A stretch of DNA of 64,000 bases from positions 34,348,001 to 34,412,000 of the forward strand of contig OZ024746.1 in NCBI GenBank assembly GCA_964016885.1, in the 5' to 3' direction. The notes below the pieces were generated by a model. That model searched no databases. It was not told the origin of the DNA and saw nothing but the letters and a program-made list of their open reading frames with translations. This document shows, one piece after another, positions 11,190 through 23,747 of this stretch (positions within the stretch are counted from its first letter, which is position 1; every line of letters begins with the position of its first letter). The position numbers were made by a program, and so were the translations under genes. Source of the stretch: Eledone cirrhosa (lineage: Eukaryota).

Positions 11190-12248
11190 ATGGAAAGCAT
11201 CCAGCAAATAGCAAACTCCATCCACCAGAGCATTAGAGTTACTATAGACTACCCAAGTAGACACCCCAACCATCGATTACCTGTACTAGACACAGAGCTC
11301 TGGTTAGATACTATTAACAACCAAAAACAAATCCTCCATTCCCATTATGCCAAACCCATGACTTACAAACATCTGATCCACCGAAACTCGGCCATTTCGG
11401 ACCATACCAAAATCAACATACTGATTGCGGATTTGGTACGGGTGATGAGAAATGTGTCCCGCATGTGCAACCCCGAAGAACTAGAGAGACACATACAACA
11501 CTTCATCCACCGTATGCAGTTCTCTGGCTACAATCAGAGAGATAGAATCAGAGTGTATAAAGGAGCCAGAACCAAATGGGAAAAAATGGTAAATAATGAC
11601 ATAAATGGGACCTGCCCCTTGTATAGGAGCAAATTTTGGAATAGAATAGAAAGAACTAAGAACAAGGCCAATAGAATAAACTCATGGTATGATAGCAATA
11701 AATACCAGAGTGTAATGTTCATCAATACAACCCCTAGAGGCGAACTAGCCTACAAATTTAGAAGGGCCCTAAAGAAACATAATCTCAATATTAAGATAGT
11801 AGAAAGACCTGGTACCTCCGTAAAAACACTTATTAGCAAGACATACCCGTTCCAAAGACCCTCATGTATAGATAAGAAATGTATAACCTGTAAAATAAGC
11901 CCCCATATTAACTGTAAAACTAGAAATGTGGTATATAGCATAAGATGTACCGAAGGACAATGTAGAAACAAAAATGTAGTGTACATAGGTGAGACAGCTC
12001 GTAGTATAGGGGAACGAATAAATGAACACTGGCGAGACCTCCAAGATAGTAAAGAATCATCTGTGCTCTACCAACATGCTAAGATAGAACACAGGGGTAA
12101 ATTAGAGAGCATAGAAATAAAAATAGAATCCACACACAAGAAAGACGCAATGTTTAGGCAAATTACAGAGGCAGTAAGCATAAAAGAATTAAAACCAAAA
12201 TTAAATAGAAAATATGAGTGGAACAGCAACATCACAACTTACAATTAA
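11190..12248 (+). CDS. PLE polyprotein fragment: thumb and GIY-YIG endonuclease
   Basis: Same protein as the C-terminal 352 aa of the minus-strand ORF except one residue (LQDSK vs LQASK). Confidence 0.9.
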   Translation: MESIQQIANSIHQSIRVTIDYPSRHPNHRLPVLDTELWLDTINNQKQILHSHYAKPMTYKHLIHRNSAISDHTKINILIADLVRVMRNVSRMCNPEELERHIQHFIHRMQFSGYNQRDRIRVYKGARTKWEKMVNNDINGTCPLYRSKFWNRIERTKNKANRINSWYDSNKYQSVMFINTTPRGELAYKFRRALKKHNLNIKIVERPGTSVKTLISKTYPFQRPSCIDKKCITCKISPHINCKTRNVVYSIRCTEGQCRNKNVVYIGETARSIGERINEHWRDLQDSKESSVLYQHAKIEHRGKLESIEIKIESTHKKDAMFRQITEAVSIKELKPKLNRKYEWNSNITTYN

Positions 12249-12553
12249 GGACAAAATGAAAACACACACACACATAGAACAAACAACTTACAATTGAAAA
12301 CACACACAAAATGAAAACACACACAAGACAAAATGAAAACACACACACACATAGAACAAACAACCAACCAACAATAAATAAATAAATAAACAAACAAATA
12401 GAAAAATATAAATAGATAAATAGAAAAATGAACACAAACACACACAGACACCCGGATGTGGCGCATGCGCAAACTGAGCACGCAACCCACACACAAACAA
12501 AATGGCGTAGGATAGAAGAAAGGAAAGGCACAGAAACGAAGAAAGAAATCCCC

Positions 12554-12598
12554 AGTCACTGAAGAGGTCACAGAGTGTGTGACGAAAGAACTATGACT
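12554..12598 (+). ncRNA. Minimal hammerhead ribozyme motif
   Basis: AGTCA-CTGAAGA-GGTCAC(AGAGTGT)GTGAC-GAAA-GAAC-TA-TGACT; stems I and II pair; stem III is vestigial. Confidence 0.6.
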
Positions 12599-12811
12599 AT
12601 ATATATATAAACAACTATCTGGTTGTGGAACCAACCAACCAACCAGAAATTTATAAATTTGTAAATTTATAAATATTTAATAAATTAAATTGAAGTGAAA
12701 GCAACTGGTGCGTGTGTTTCTTATTGGCAACATGACCCTCCCAAAGTATAACAATATCGGTTTCAACACACGATTTCAGATAAAGAATCTTGCTAAACAA
12801 ATTCAGAAACG

Positions 12812-12933
<122 letters not shown>

Positions 12934-12999
12934 AGGGAGATCGATTGGTAGATAGATAGATAGAAAGTAATATGGTACTCGAAGTCTACCACAATGTGT

Positions 13000-14280
13000 A
13001 ATGAATGGTAGATTTCGGATGAAATGAAAATAAGGGTAACACATATATTAATGGGTCACCTTTTCATCCTCTGTACCGGTCCTAATATTTCGGGTGTAAA
13101 ATTCTACACACGAAGATTACAATAAAACACTTGTTCAAGTCTTTGTGAGTTTTGTTACAGAAACATCATCTTACTTTCTTTCTTTGCGAGCGATTGTCTG
13201 TTGATAGCAGCTGGAAACTAATGGTGGGAAACGTCTTCTCTGGACTGATATATGCATAATGTTGTGGGTGCATGTGTGTCGGAGTGGGCAAATGTTATAT
13301 CTAGTCCCTCATTCCTGATGATTCTGTAGTATCCGTAGTAATATTTTCATTGAAGTTTGGTAATTTCACTTATATATCCGCGTTTAGAATTGAATGCGTG
13401 GATCGATTTGTAATTAACAAACAGGTCTATTCAGTTGGCGCTCCTGTAGACTTTGGCGTAGATATCACATCCATTGTCACACTCAGTTGGAATTCGAGTA
13501 GGGACAAACGACACATGTTGCGGTACACACTATATTATCCTCCATGTTCTCAGGCGTCATAGATATTCTATAAATCTTTTAATCGGAGGACTTGAGGATG
13601 AGTATATCATCTATGTACTTCGCGGAAAAGACACAGGAATGGCAGGTAATGGTGGTGCAACTTTCCAACTATATCACGTAGGTGTGGCTAGTAGGCCTGG
13701 GAGGTTGGATCCCATGGACAGAGTTGTTGTCTGTTGTTAAATGGGGTGTAGGAAGCTGAAGTAAATATTATCCAAGAGGATGGATAGGAGTTGGCCTATG
13801 TTGGGCATGATGAGACCGAGACATATAGGTTAGAAGAAATGAAGCAACCATTCACTAGGTTGAATGCTAGCTGGTGGGTACTGATGCCTTGGAGACAACC
13901 TTGAAGCTATTACATTGAAGGTGCTCTGGTGGTAGATGGCTGAGTCTATGACGTCATCGGAACTGCTGACAAGCAGTGGCTTCAGTATCTGAGAAAATAG
14001 AGAGAATATTTTATGAGAGTGAGCTCTCTATGCTAGAGTCAATGAGTCTAATCTGGTGTTCAGTACAGCTTTTGTGGGGTTTTATGGGGTGTGTGAATGT
14101 TGGTTGTCCACTGTTCCTAGTGGTGATTTTAACTTTATATTCATTACCAAGTTGTCTTAAGGTTCAGATATCAGATCAGTCCAGGTAGTGTTACCGTGGT
14201 GTCGATTGGGTTTCAAGTTGTGTCTGTTCTCTTTGTATATAGTCAATCGTCGCTGAGAGGTGAAAATGCCAGGTTGTTAT
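13000..14280 (-). pseudogene. Highly decayed PLE (RT relic)
   Basis: Minus-strand fragments SMGSNLPGLLA (motif B-like, ~13690-13720) and KYIDDILIL (motif C, ~13595-13620); many stops; boundaries approximate. Confidence 0.55.
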
Positions 14281-14528
14281 ATGTCTCATAAACGACAAAG
14301 CATAATACTTTTTTTTTATTTATCAGCAGGGAAGTATATGTGGATCTTCCCAATGTGTTTATTGCAACGCCACAGACATTTCCTTTTTGGGAGTTTCTAC
14401 TACTCGATTCGGCGTTTATTTAGGATATTTATATGTACCAGTTTTATTTTCTTGGTACATATAGACACAAACTACCCCTTGAAGAAGAAGAAGAAGAAGA
14501 AGAAGAAGAAGAAGAAGAAGAACTATAT

Positions 14529-14858
14529 AGCCTGCCCATTCGACACGAGAGTGCAAGAGAAGGAGAGGGAGAAAATTAACCGATACCAGGACTTGAAGTG
14601 GGAGGTAAAAATGATTTGGAACTGCCATGAGGTCAAAGTGGTCTCGATTGTCATAGACGCACTAGGTACTAGAGTTTCCAAGGATGGTTAAAGAAAATTG
14701 GTCCCGCCCCGCTTTTTGGAACACTTCAAAAGCATGTTTGCTGGGAACAGCAAGAACCCTCCGATACGTCCTGAATATCTGAGGCTGCAGGTAGTGGATT
14801 TATATTCATTTCAACAAACTGTCCAGTTAAATAACATCAATGATTGAGACTCAAAGAA
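14529..14858 (+). mobile_element. R4/Dong-type LINE 3' fragment (family A)
   Basis: ACPFDTRVQEKEREKINRYQDLKWEV restriction-like endonuclease (RLE) motif; same 3' UTR as the copies ending at 18880 and 23055; (TAA)n tail. Confidence 0.85.
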
Positions 14859-15289
14859 CAATAATAACAATAATAATAATAATGATAATAATAATAATCT
14901 AAACTATAATAACAAATCTAAACTATAATATAATAATAACAATTGCTTCTGATTTTGGCACGGGGCCAGCAATTGTCCCGGTGTGTTGCAGGTACTTTGT
15001 GGTGTCGGCCACGTAGGGATGAAAGGGAAAAAAAATTATAGAAAAAATTATAGTCGAAAAATTAGGGAACACAATCAGAAGCAAACGCAACAACAAACAC
15101 AGATTTTAAAAGTTAGCAGCAACAACAACACTAGTAACCAATGTTACTGGCATTATAAAACGAAAAACAAACAACAAAAAATGGGGGGGAAAAAACTAAG
15201 TCAGACATTCAAACATTAAAATGAAACTTATGTTTGTTTTTGTTTTTTTTTAGTTTTTTATCTATTTGTTTGTTTATTTATGTTCGTCT

Positions 15290-18200
15290 ACAGCGTGAGG
15301 GTGAAACGCTAAAATCACCAGTGCTGATGAAATCCCTTGGGGTGATGAGATCTCCGGTAGTTATGTAACCATACATTCACCAATCCTCGATATGAGTGCT
15401 TAAATGTCAAACTTAAACAGTTCGAATAACGGTGAAGTGAAGACTGGAATGTCATGTGACAGACTCTCACCCAGCAGGTGCTCCCAGGCCCAGCAGAAGG
15501 GACATGGCTGTCATCCAAATACTGTTGGTGTTGGAGGAAGAGGAAGAAGGAAAGGGACCAGAACCAACGGGACGAAATAATTGAATAGAACTGTTATGCA
15601 ATGTTACCTGAACAGTAACCCCAAGGAAAAAGGCTATAGGAAACGGATGCATGCCATCTGGAACGAGATTGGTCTATTTAAATTAGATGAGAAAAATTGG
15701 CCAGGCAGGCTCGGGTAATAAGAACTAATGGGTGGATAAGCGAGCTGGAACTGGAGGAACTGAGCATAGAGATTAGGTTGGAAATGGAGAGTGGAATATG
15801 CCAGGCAAACAAGCCAGTGGGAAATAAATGTGAAGAGGTTGAGAGAACGGAGGAAGCATCCGAAGCAGACAATGATCTGAATGCTGTAATAAATAATACC
15901 TGGAACAAAGATACGGCCATTGAGGAGATGAATGCTGACGGGCTAGGACAAGATTTGGTTGATATCCTAAGCTTAGTGTTAGATCAATTGAACACTGATA
16001 GTGGGAAACCTGTGAACCTAAGATTTGTAGACAGGAAAAAGTTAAAAGAAAGAACAGCTAAGGTAAACAAAGTCATCCCATACCTTGAGGCGAGGAGCCT
16101 TCCCACGTGCAACAATATCCTCAAAGCAACAGCAAATGCTGTGAGGAAATTACTTGACATAAAAAAGAGAGGAAACAACAGACAAGAAAGATCAGAACCT
16201 TGGTGGAAGAAACGACTGAATGGTCAAATCAGGGAAATGAGAAATGACATTGGAAAGCTTGAGTCCCTACTGAATGGGACACTAAAAAACATAGACACTA
16301 AAAATAAACTGGAAATAAAGTACAAAACTAGGAGTAAAAAGATAAATAGTATCATAGAGGAACTGAAGCAAGGCATTGTAGCAAAGAGTGCAAAGATTAG
16401 GCGATACAAGAGCAGAGTCAGTCAGTATAGACAGAACCGCATGTTTGACAACAACAAGAATATGTTGTTTGGACTGCTTGAAGGGAAAGAAAGAGGCAAC
16501 GACAAACAAAGACATTCTGGACAGGAATATGGGAGCAGGATGTTAAATATAATGGCCACGGCAGTGTGGATTGAGACAGTACAAAAGGAGATTAGTGAAC
16601 ATGCACAACAACAAACTGATTTGACTATCACGGTTTAAACACTTAAGGGGTAGGCCAAAAACTAATCAACTGGATATCACCAGGCCCAGGTGGGTGCAGG
16701 GGTATTGGATTAAACATATAACATCCCTCCACCCGAAACTGACAACCATGTTCAATGCCTGCTTGATGTTAGGTGAGGTAGCAGGGTGGTTGACAAAAGT
16801 ACCACAGTTATGGTAATGAAAGACCAAATCAAGGGTAATGACGTTACCAACTATAGACCTATCACATGCCGGTCCGTAATGTGGAAACTGTTGACAAGCA
16901 TTATGTCTGAGGAAATCTACCATCACCTCCACACAAACAACGTGTTACCGGACGAACAGAAAGGATGCCGAAAGAAGTCCCGTGGTACAAAGGACCAGTT
17001 ACTTATTGATAAGATGGTAATGAGGAATTGCAAGAGGATACAGACTGGTCTTGCCATGGGATAGATAGAGTACAAAAAGGCATTTGACAAGGTGCATCAT
17101 TCTTGGATCATCAAAAGCCTAGAGATCTTCAAGGTGGCAGATAACATCAGACAGTTGTTGGGCAAAAGTATGACGTCCTGGAAAACAGAGTTAACATAAG
17201 CTGGAGAATCCGTGGGAGGCGTGAAGATGAAGAGAGGTATCTTCCAGAGAGATAGTTTGTCCCCTCTGTTGTTTGTCCTTGCCCTGATGCCCCTGACCAT
17301 TATACTGCGAAAAGTGAGAGCAGGATACAAGTTGGGAAAAGGAGAGCTTACCATCAATCACCTCCTCTTCATGGACGATCTTAAGCTCTTCGGGAAGAGT
17401 GAGAAGGAGTTGGATGTGCTTGTTGATACTGTCCGTATTTTCAGCAATGATATATGTATGCAATTTGGTATTAGTAAGTGTGGAGTCCTTGTGATGAAGA
17501 GGGGGTAAATTGAGCAGAAGCAACGGAATCCAGGTACCAACAGGTGAGATGATACAGGAAATTGACACTGTAGAAGGATACAAGTATTTGGGTATTCTGG
17601 AGGCTGATGACATCAAGAATTAAAAAAATGAAGGAATTGATAAGATCTGAATACATTCGGACAGTAAGGAGCGTATTAAAGTCACATCTGAACAGTAGAA
17701 ATGCCATAAGTGAGGTAAATTCCCGAGCTGTGTCTATTATTAGGTACAGTGCGGGATTCTGAGATGGAATGTTGCTGAACAAAAAGAAATGGATAGGAAG
17801 ACTAGGAATCTATTGACTATCTACAACATGTTCCACAAGAGGAGTGATGCCGATAGATTCTACTTAAGGATATCTGAAGGTGGAAGAGGTCTTATCAGCA
17901 TAGAGGACTGTGTTCAGATGGAGAAAAACAACCTACACAAATAAGTGACTGATAGTAAGGAGCCAATGCTCAGAATTGTACTGAAGGACAGGACAATAGT
18001 CCAGGGGATGTGAAAGGAGGAAATAACAACAAGGAGAAAGAGCAGCCTTCATGAAAAATCCTTTCATAGTACCTTTTTTGAGAAATCTGAATTCAGAGAT
18101 CCACACACATGGAACTGGTTGAAAAGAGGAGACCTTAAAAAGGCTACAGAAGGAATGCTAATGGCTGCGCAAGAGCAGGCCTTCAAAACGAAGTGGTTGA

Positions 18201-18880
18201 AACACCATATTTACAAGGAGGGGGCTAGCCCACTTTGCAGGATCTGTGGAAAGAGAGGAGACAGTGGCTCACATTGTATCCGAGTGTAAACACCTAGCCC
18301 AGACTCACTATAAAGGCTGGAGACATGATGTGATGGGCAGGGTGATCCACTGGCACCTATGCAAAGTAAACAATTTACCACATTCTGAGAAGTGGTATGA
18401 GCATAAGCCAGAGTCGGTGATAGAAATCGATCAGGTGAAGGTGCTGTGGGATTTTAAGATACAGACGGACAAGAAACTGGAACACAATAGACCTGACCTG
18501 GTGGTTTGTGACAAGGAAAAAGATCGTGCCTGATTGTGGATGTGGCCTGCCCATTCGACACGAGAGTGCAAGAGAAGCAGAGGGAGAAAATTAACCGATA
18601 CCAGGACTTAAAGTGGGAGGTAAAAAGGATTTGGAACTGCCATGAAGTCAAAGTGGTCCCGATTGTCATAGGCGCACTAGGTACTGTCTCAAAAGGTTTC
18701 CAGGGATGGTTAAAGAAAATTGGCCCCGCCACGATTTTTGGAACGTTCAAAAGGCATACTTGCTGGGAACAGGAAGAACCCTCCAATACGTCCTGAATAT
18801 CTGAGGCTGCAGGTAGTGGCTCGATATTCATTTCAACAAACTTTCCAATCAACTAACATCAATGACTGAAACTCAAAGAA
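15290..18880 (+). mobile_element. Near full-length degenerate R4/Dong-type non-LTR retrotransposon (family A)
   Basis: VMQCY..GYRKRM, EPWWKKRL, YRPITC, QKGCRKKSRGTKDQL, GIFQRDSLSPLLF, FMDDLKLF, ETVAHIVSEC, RHD, RPDLVV, DVACPFD, KINRYQDL; many frameshifts; ends in (TAA)n; 5' end approximate. Confidence 0.88.
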
Positions 18881-18881
18881 C

Positions 18882-18917
<36 letters not shown>

Positions 18918-18918
<1 letters not shown>

Positions 18919-20939
18919 TGTTCAAAAACAACCAAATAAATTTCTACAGAAAAATTGGTAAGTCAACAATAACTGCTAAATCAATACCACCCAAGGAGGA
19001 AGTGCAAGAATTCTGGGAAAAGATCTGGGCCGAAGAAAAAGTTCATAACATACATGCCCCATGGATAGACAGACAAATGAAAGATACAGCTCACCTTGAG
19101 GAACAAATATGGGAAAATATAACAGTTGAAAAGTTGCGCTTGGCTCTAAGAAAAACCAGCAAATGGAAATCCCCAGGAAAAGACAAAATACAAAACTTTT
19201 GGATAAATGCCTTCACAGAGTCTCATGAGCTGTTAGCCCAACTTTACAATGAAATAGTTAAGGAGCCAGAAAAGATAGCATCATGGCTAGTTAACGCCAT
19301 TACATTCCTGCTTCCGAAGAATGATGAGACAAACAATCCCAAAAATTACAGACCAATAACTTGCTTGACCACAATGTATAACATTTTAACATCAGTCCTA
19401 ACTGAATACACATATGACCACCTGATAACAAATGACCTATTTCCCATTGAGCAGAAAGGGTGTAAACGAGGCTCATATGGCTGTAAGGATCAGCTTCTGG
19501 TTAACAAAATGATACTGGAAGATTGTCATAATAGACACAAACATCTATCGATTGTTTGGATAGATTATAAAAAAGCATTCGATAGTTTGCCACACAGTTG
19601 GATTGAAAAATGTTTAGAGATTTTCAAAATATCCCCCGTTGTCAGGAGGTTTTTGTCATTCAGTATGAAGACATGGAAAACGACACTTCTTTTGAATAGT
19701 GAAACAAAATCACTGGAAGCTGGAGAAGTTAATATTAATTGTGGAATTTTTCTGGGTGACTCTTTATCACCGCTTTTATTCTGCATCGCACTTATACCAT
19801 TTAGTAAAATGCTCAATGAAACAAAACATGGATATAAAGTCTATGACAAAACCATTAATCACCTGTTCTACATGGATGACCTGAAACTATTTGCAAAAAA
19901 TGTTGAACAATTGCAAGGGCTATTATCCACTGTGGAGCAGTTCAGTGATGACATTAAAATGGAGTTTGGACTAGATAAATGCGCCAAAGCAACGTTTACC
20001 AGAGGAAAGCTGCTGAAAAGTTCAGACATTAATCTTGATCGGGGGAACGTGATAAGAGAACTTGATCAAGAAAAGACTTACAAATATCTAGGTGTTTGTG
20101 AAGGAGACGGAATCAAGCACTCGACAATGAGGGAAAGGATAAGGAAGGAATGTTACCGCAGAGTAAGAGCAATCTTAAGAACGGAATTGAATGCAAGGAA
20201 TAGGATCGATGCCATAAACACGCTTGTCATACCAGTAGTAACCTACAGTTACAATGTCATCAACTGGTCAAGCACAGAGATCCGTAGGCTCGATACAAAA
20301 ATTCGAAAATTCTTAACCATGCACAGAATGCATCACCCTAAAGCAGATATAGATAGAATATATCTCCCTAGGAAAGAAGGAGGACGTGGGTTAATCCAGT
20401 TAGACATTGCGTTGAAAACTGCAACAATTGGATTATCTACACATCTAAGGGAATCATATGATTGGATGATCAAACTCGTTTTGAAACACGAAAGCATCAA
20501 AAGATCATATTTCATTACAAAAGATGCACAAAGATACAGTAATGGACTACAAATTTCAGAAGTCCCGTTTACTGCTGAAATGGAAAACACAGAAAAAGCA
20601 AAGCAGGTAAAAGTAACTGCAAAGAAAGAACTGCTACAGAAACTGGCTAAGAAATGGCAAGAAAAGCCTCTGTATGGAAAATACCCAGAGCGAGCTAACA
20701 ATCCTGATGTTGACAAAACTTTAACCCATCAGTGGTTGGCATCCTCTGGACTGAAATCGGAGACTGAAGGACTGATTATATCAGCACAAGATCAGTGTCT
20801 GCCAACAAAAATTTACCAAGCCAACATAATATGGATGCAGCCCATTATGCCGTGTATGCAAAAAACAACCAGAGACATTTGGCCATATAATTTTAACGTG
20901 CAGTCCTATAGCTCCAACCGAATACCTAAACAGGCATGA
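18918..20939 (+). CDS. Reverse transcriptase of R4/Dong-type LINE (frameshifted near the C-terminus)
   Basis: KSPGKDKIQNFW, NYRPITCL, EQKGCKRGSYGCKDQL, WIDYKKAFDSLPHSWI, GDSLSPLLF, YMDDLKLF, YKYLG, RIYLPRKEGGRGL, SAQDQCL. Confidence 0.9.
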
Positions 20940-21544
20940 CAGAGCTGCACAATACATACATTGGATAATGTGTAAGCATTTTGACCTGCCCCATCAAAAG
21001 AATTGGTGGCAGCATCAACCGCCTCCCATACTTGAAAAAGATCACATCTCAATCTTGTGGAACTTTAGCATCCAAACAGACCAAAAAATAGATGTAAATA
21101 GACCAGGACTTTAAAAAGAGGGTATGCCTGCTAATTGATATGTCTGTTCCAATAGACAAGAATGTATCTATAAAAACATATGAAAAATTGAGCAAGTATA
21201 AGGACCTGGAGATAGAAATTGGAAAAATGTGGAAATTGAGAACTAAAACAATACCAGTGGTTGTAGGCGCTCTGGAGATGATACCTAAGGAGTCTAATGA
21301 TTACTTATCGCAAATCCCAGGAAACCCGCGTATAGGAGAAATACAAAAGATAGTACTAATGGGAACTGCCTATATACTAAGGAAGATTCTGTCAATATAA
21401 GTACATCACAAGTCTAAACACTAAAGATGCATGTGTGAGTATGTATGTTCTTTCTTAAACATGGCAGACCTTGTTGTCTCTTGAGGTCACTGGTTGTGAC
21501 TTGGTGATAACTCGTATGAACATAAAGCAAGGTAAATGCAACTC
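18918..21544 (+). mobile_element. R4/Dong-type non-LTR retrotransposon (family B), 5'-truncated
   Basis: 673-aa RT ORF, then frameshifted RLE fragments (KLSKYKDLEIEI, IPVVVGAL); (TAA)n on both sides. Confidence 0.9.
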
Positions 21545-21574
<30 letters not shown>

Positions 21575-21577
<3 letters not shown>

Positions 21578-21820
21578 TTACTTATCGCAAATCCCAGGAA
21601 ACCCGCGTATAGGAGAAATACAAAAGATAGTACTAATGGGAACTGCCCATATACTAAGGAAGATTCTGTCGATATAAGTACATCACAAGTCTAAACAATA
21701 AGGATGCATGTGTGAGTATGTATGTTCTTTCTTGAAAATGGCGGACCTTGTTGTCTCTTGAGGTCTCTGGTTGTGACTTGGTGATAACTCGTATGAACAT
21801 AAAGCAAGATAAATGCAACT

Positions 21821-21821
<1 letters not shown>
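21575..21821 (+). mobile_element. Second short 3' copy of Dong family B
   Basis: Repeats ~21298-21544 with a few substitutions; flanked by (TAA)n. Confidence 0.9.
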
Positions 21822-21881
<60 letters not shown>

Positions 21882-21883
<2 letters not shown>

Positions 21884-23055
21884 GTAAATTCCCGAGCTGT
21901 GTCTATTATTAGGTACAGTGCGGGAATTCTGAGATGGAATGTTGCTGAACAGAAAGAAATGGATAGGAAGACTAGGAAGCTATTGACTATCTACAACATG
22001 TTCCACAAGAGGAGTGATGTCGATAGACTCTACCTAAGGAGATCTGAGGGTGGAAGAGGTCTTATCAGCATAGAGGACTGTGTTCAGATGGAGAAAAACA
22101 ACCTATACAAATACGTGACCTATAGTAAGGAGCCAATGCTCAGAGCTGTACTGAAGGAGGGGACAGTAGGCCAGGGGATGTCCAGGGAGGAAATAACATC
22201 AAGGAGGAAGAGCAGCCTTAAGGAAAAACCCCTTCATAGTACCTTCTTTGAGAAAACTGAATTTAGAGATCCACAGACATGGAACTGGTTGAGAAGAGGA
22301 GACCTCAAAAAGGCTACAGAAGGAATGCTAATGGCTGCGCAGGAGCAGGCCCTCAAAACGAAGTGGTTGAAGCACCATATCTACAAGGAGGAGGCCAGCC
22401 CACTGTGCAGGATCTGTGGAGAGAGAGAGAGGAGACTGTGGCTCACATTGTGTCCGAGTGTAAACACCTAGCCCAGACCCACTATAAGGGCTGGAGACAC
22501 GATGTGATGGGCAGGGTGATCTACTGGCACCTGTGCTAAGTAAACAATCTACCACATTCTGAGAAATGGTATGTGCATAGGCCAGAGGCGGTGATGGAGA
22601 ACAATCAGGTGAAGGTGCTGTGGGATTTTAGGATACAGACGGACAAAAAACTGGAACACAATAGACCTGACCTGGTGGTTGTGGACAAAGAAAAAAGATC
22701 GTGCCTGATTGTGGATGTGGCCTGCCCGTTCGATACGAGAGTGCAAGAGAAGGAGAGGGAGAAAATTAACCGATACCAGGACCTAAAGTGGGAGGTGAAA
22801 AGGATTTGGAACTGCCATGAAGTCAAAGTGATCCCGATTGTCATAGGCGTACTGGGGACTATCTCCAAAAGTTTCCAGGGATGGTTAAAGAAAATCGGCC
22901 CCTCCACGCTTTTTGGAACGCTTCAAAAGGCATGCTTGCTTGGAACAGCAAGAACCCTCCGATACGTCCTGAATATCTGAGGCTGCAGGTAGTGGCTTGA
23001 TATTCAATCCAACGGACTTTCCAGTTAACCAACATCAATGACTGAGATTCAAGGA
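21882..23055 (+). mobile_element. 5'-truncated Dong family A copy (thumb, zinc knuckle, RLE)
   Basis: RLYLRRSEGGRGL, AAQEQAL, CRICGE, RPDLVVVD, DVACPFD, KINRYQDL; parallels 17716-18880; (TAA)n tail. Confidence 0.9.
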
Positions 23056-23066
23056 ATAACAATAAC

Positions 23067-23098
<32 letters not shown>

Positions 23099-23101
23099 TG
23101 C

Positions 23102-23655
23102 TTTTTTATTAAACACAAGGGTTTACACAAAGTAGACAGTAAGGACAGTAGAGGACAATACAGAACGGTACAAAAGGGCATTTCTGAGTGTAAAAAAAAC
23201 CCCCAAAACAGAGAATGTAATAATAGAACAATGAAAAAAATTCCCCAATAGGGGGGAGACTTCCGAGGGACATTCGTGGAGAAAGCCCATTAAAAAGCCA
23301 CAGTGACCCTGACCACCAGGGCAAGTACCCCCTCCCTGTTTTCCACCTTTAATTTACAGACACATACTCAGAGTAGATCCATTAACTCGGGCCATACTTG
23401 CTTCTCTCACCCATCTTTCAACAAAATGCTGGGAAGAGAACAATTCCCTCTCTACCCTGATTTTCCTTTTCAAATGAAATTTGAAAAAGTTAATCAAGGC
23501 ATTACCGAAGAGGTAAGTGCGCGTCTTCAGCCTTTTCAAACTTGTCCACCATACTATCTCTTTCGCTATGGCCACCAGACAGATAAAAACTGCCTGCACT
23601 TCCTGGCTAAAGGAGGAGGATGGGGCAATCCTCACGATGGACTCAGCTGATAGCT
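23102..23655 (-). mobile_element. L1/Tx1-type LINE 3' fragment
   Basis: FICLVAIAKEIVWWT...FFKFHLKRKIRVER...FVERW is ORF2 C-terminus-like, similar to the 3' part of 50737-54620; AATAAAAA end on minus. Confidence 0.65.
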
Positions 23656-23656
23656 G

Positions 23657-23747
23657 AGAAGAAGAAGAAGAAGAAGAAGAAGAAGAAGAAGAAGAAGAAG
23701 AAGAAGAAGAAGAAGAAGAAGAAGAAGAAGAAGAAGAAGAAGAAGAC
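23657..23747. repeat. (GAA)n microsatellite
   Basis: Direct reading; another (GAA)n lies at 14481-14520. Confidence 0.95.

Noticed and set aside
9461-12634. Small ORFs antisense to the PLE ORFs and 3' UTRs
   Set aside because: Shadow frames, duplicated only because of the inversion
15290-15350. GAAA...CTGATGA near the Dong 5' end as a type II hammerhead
   Set aside because: Stems I and III cannot be formed convincingly
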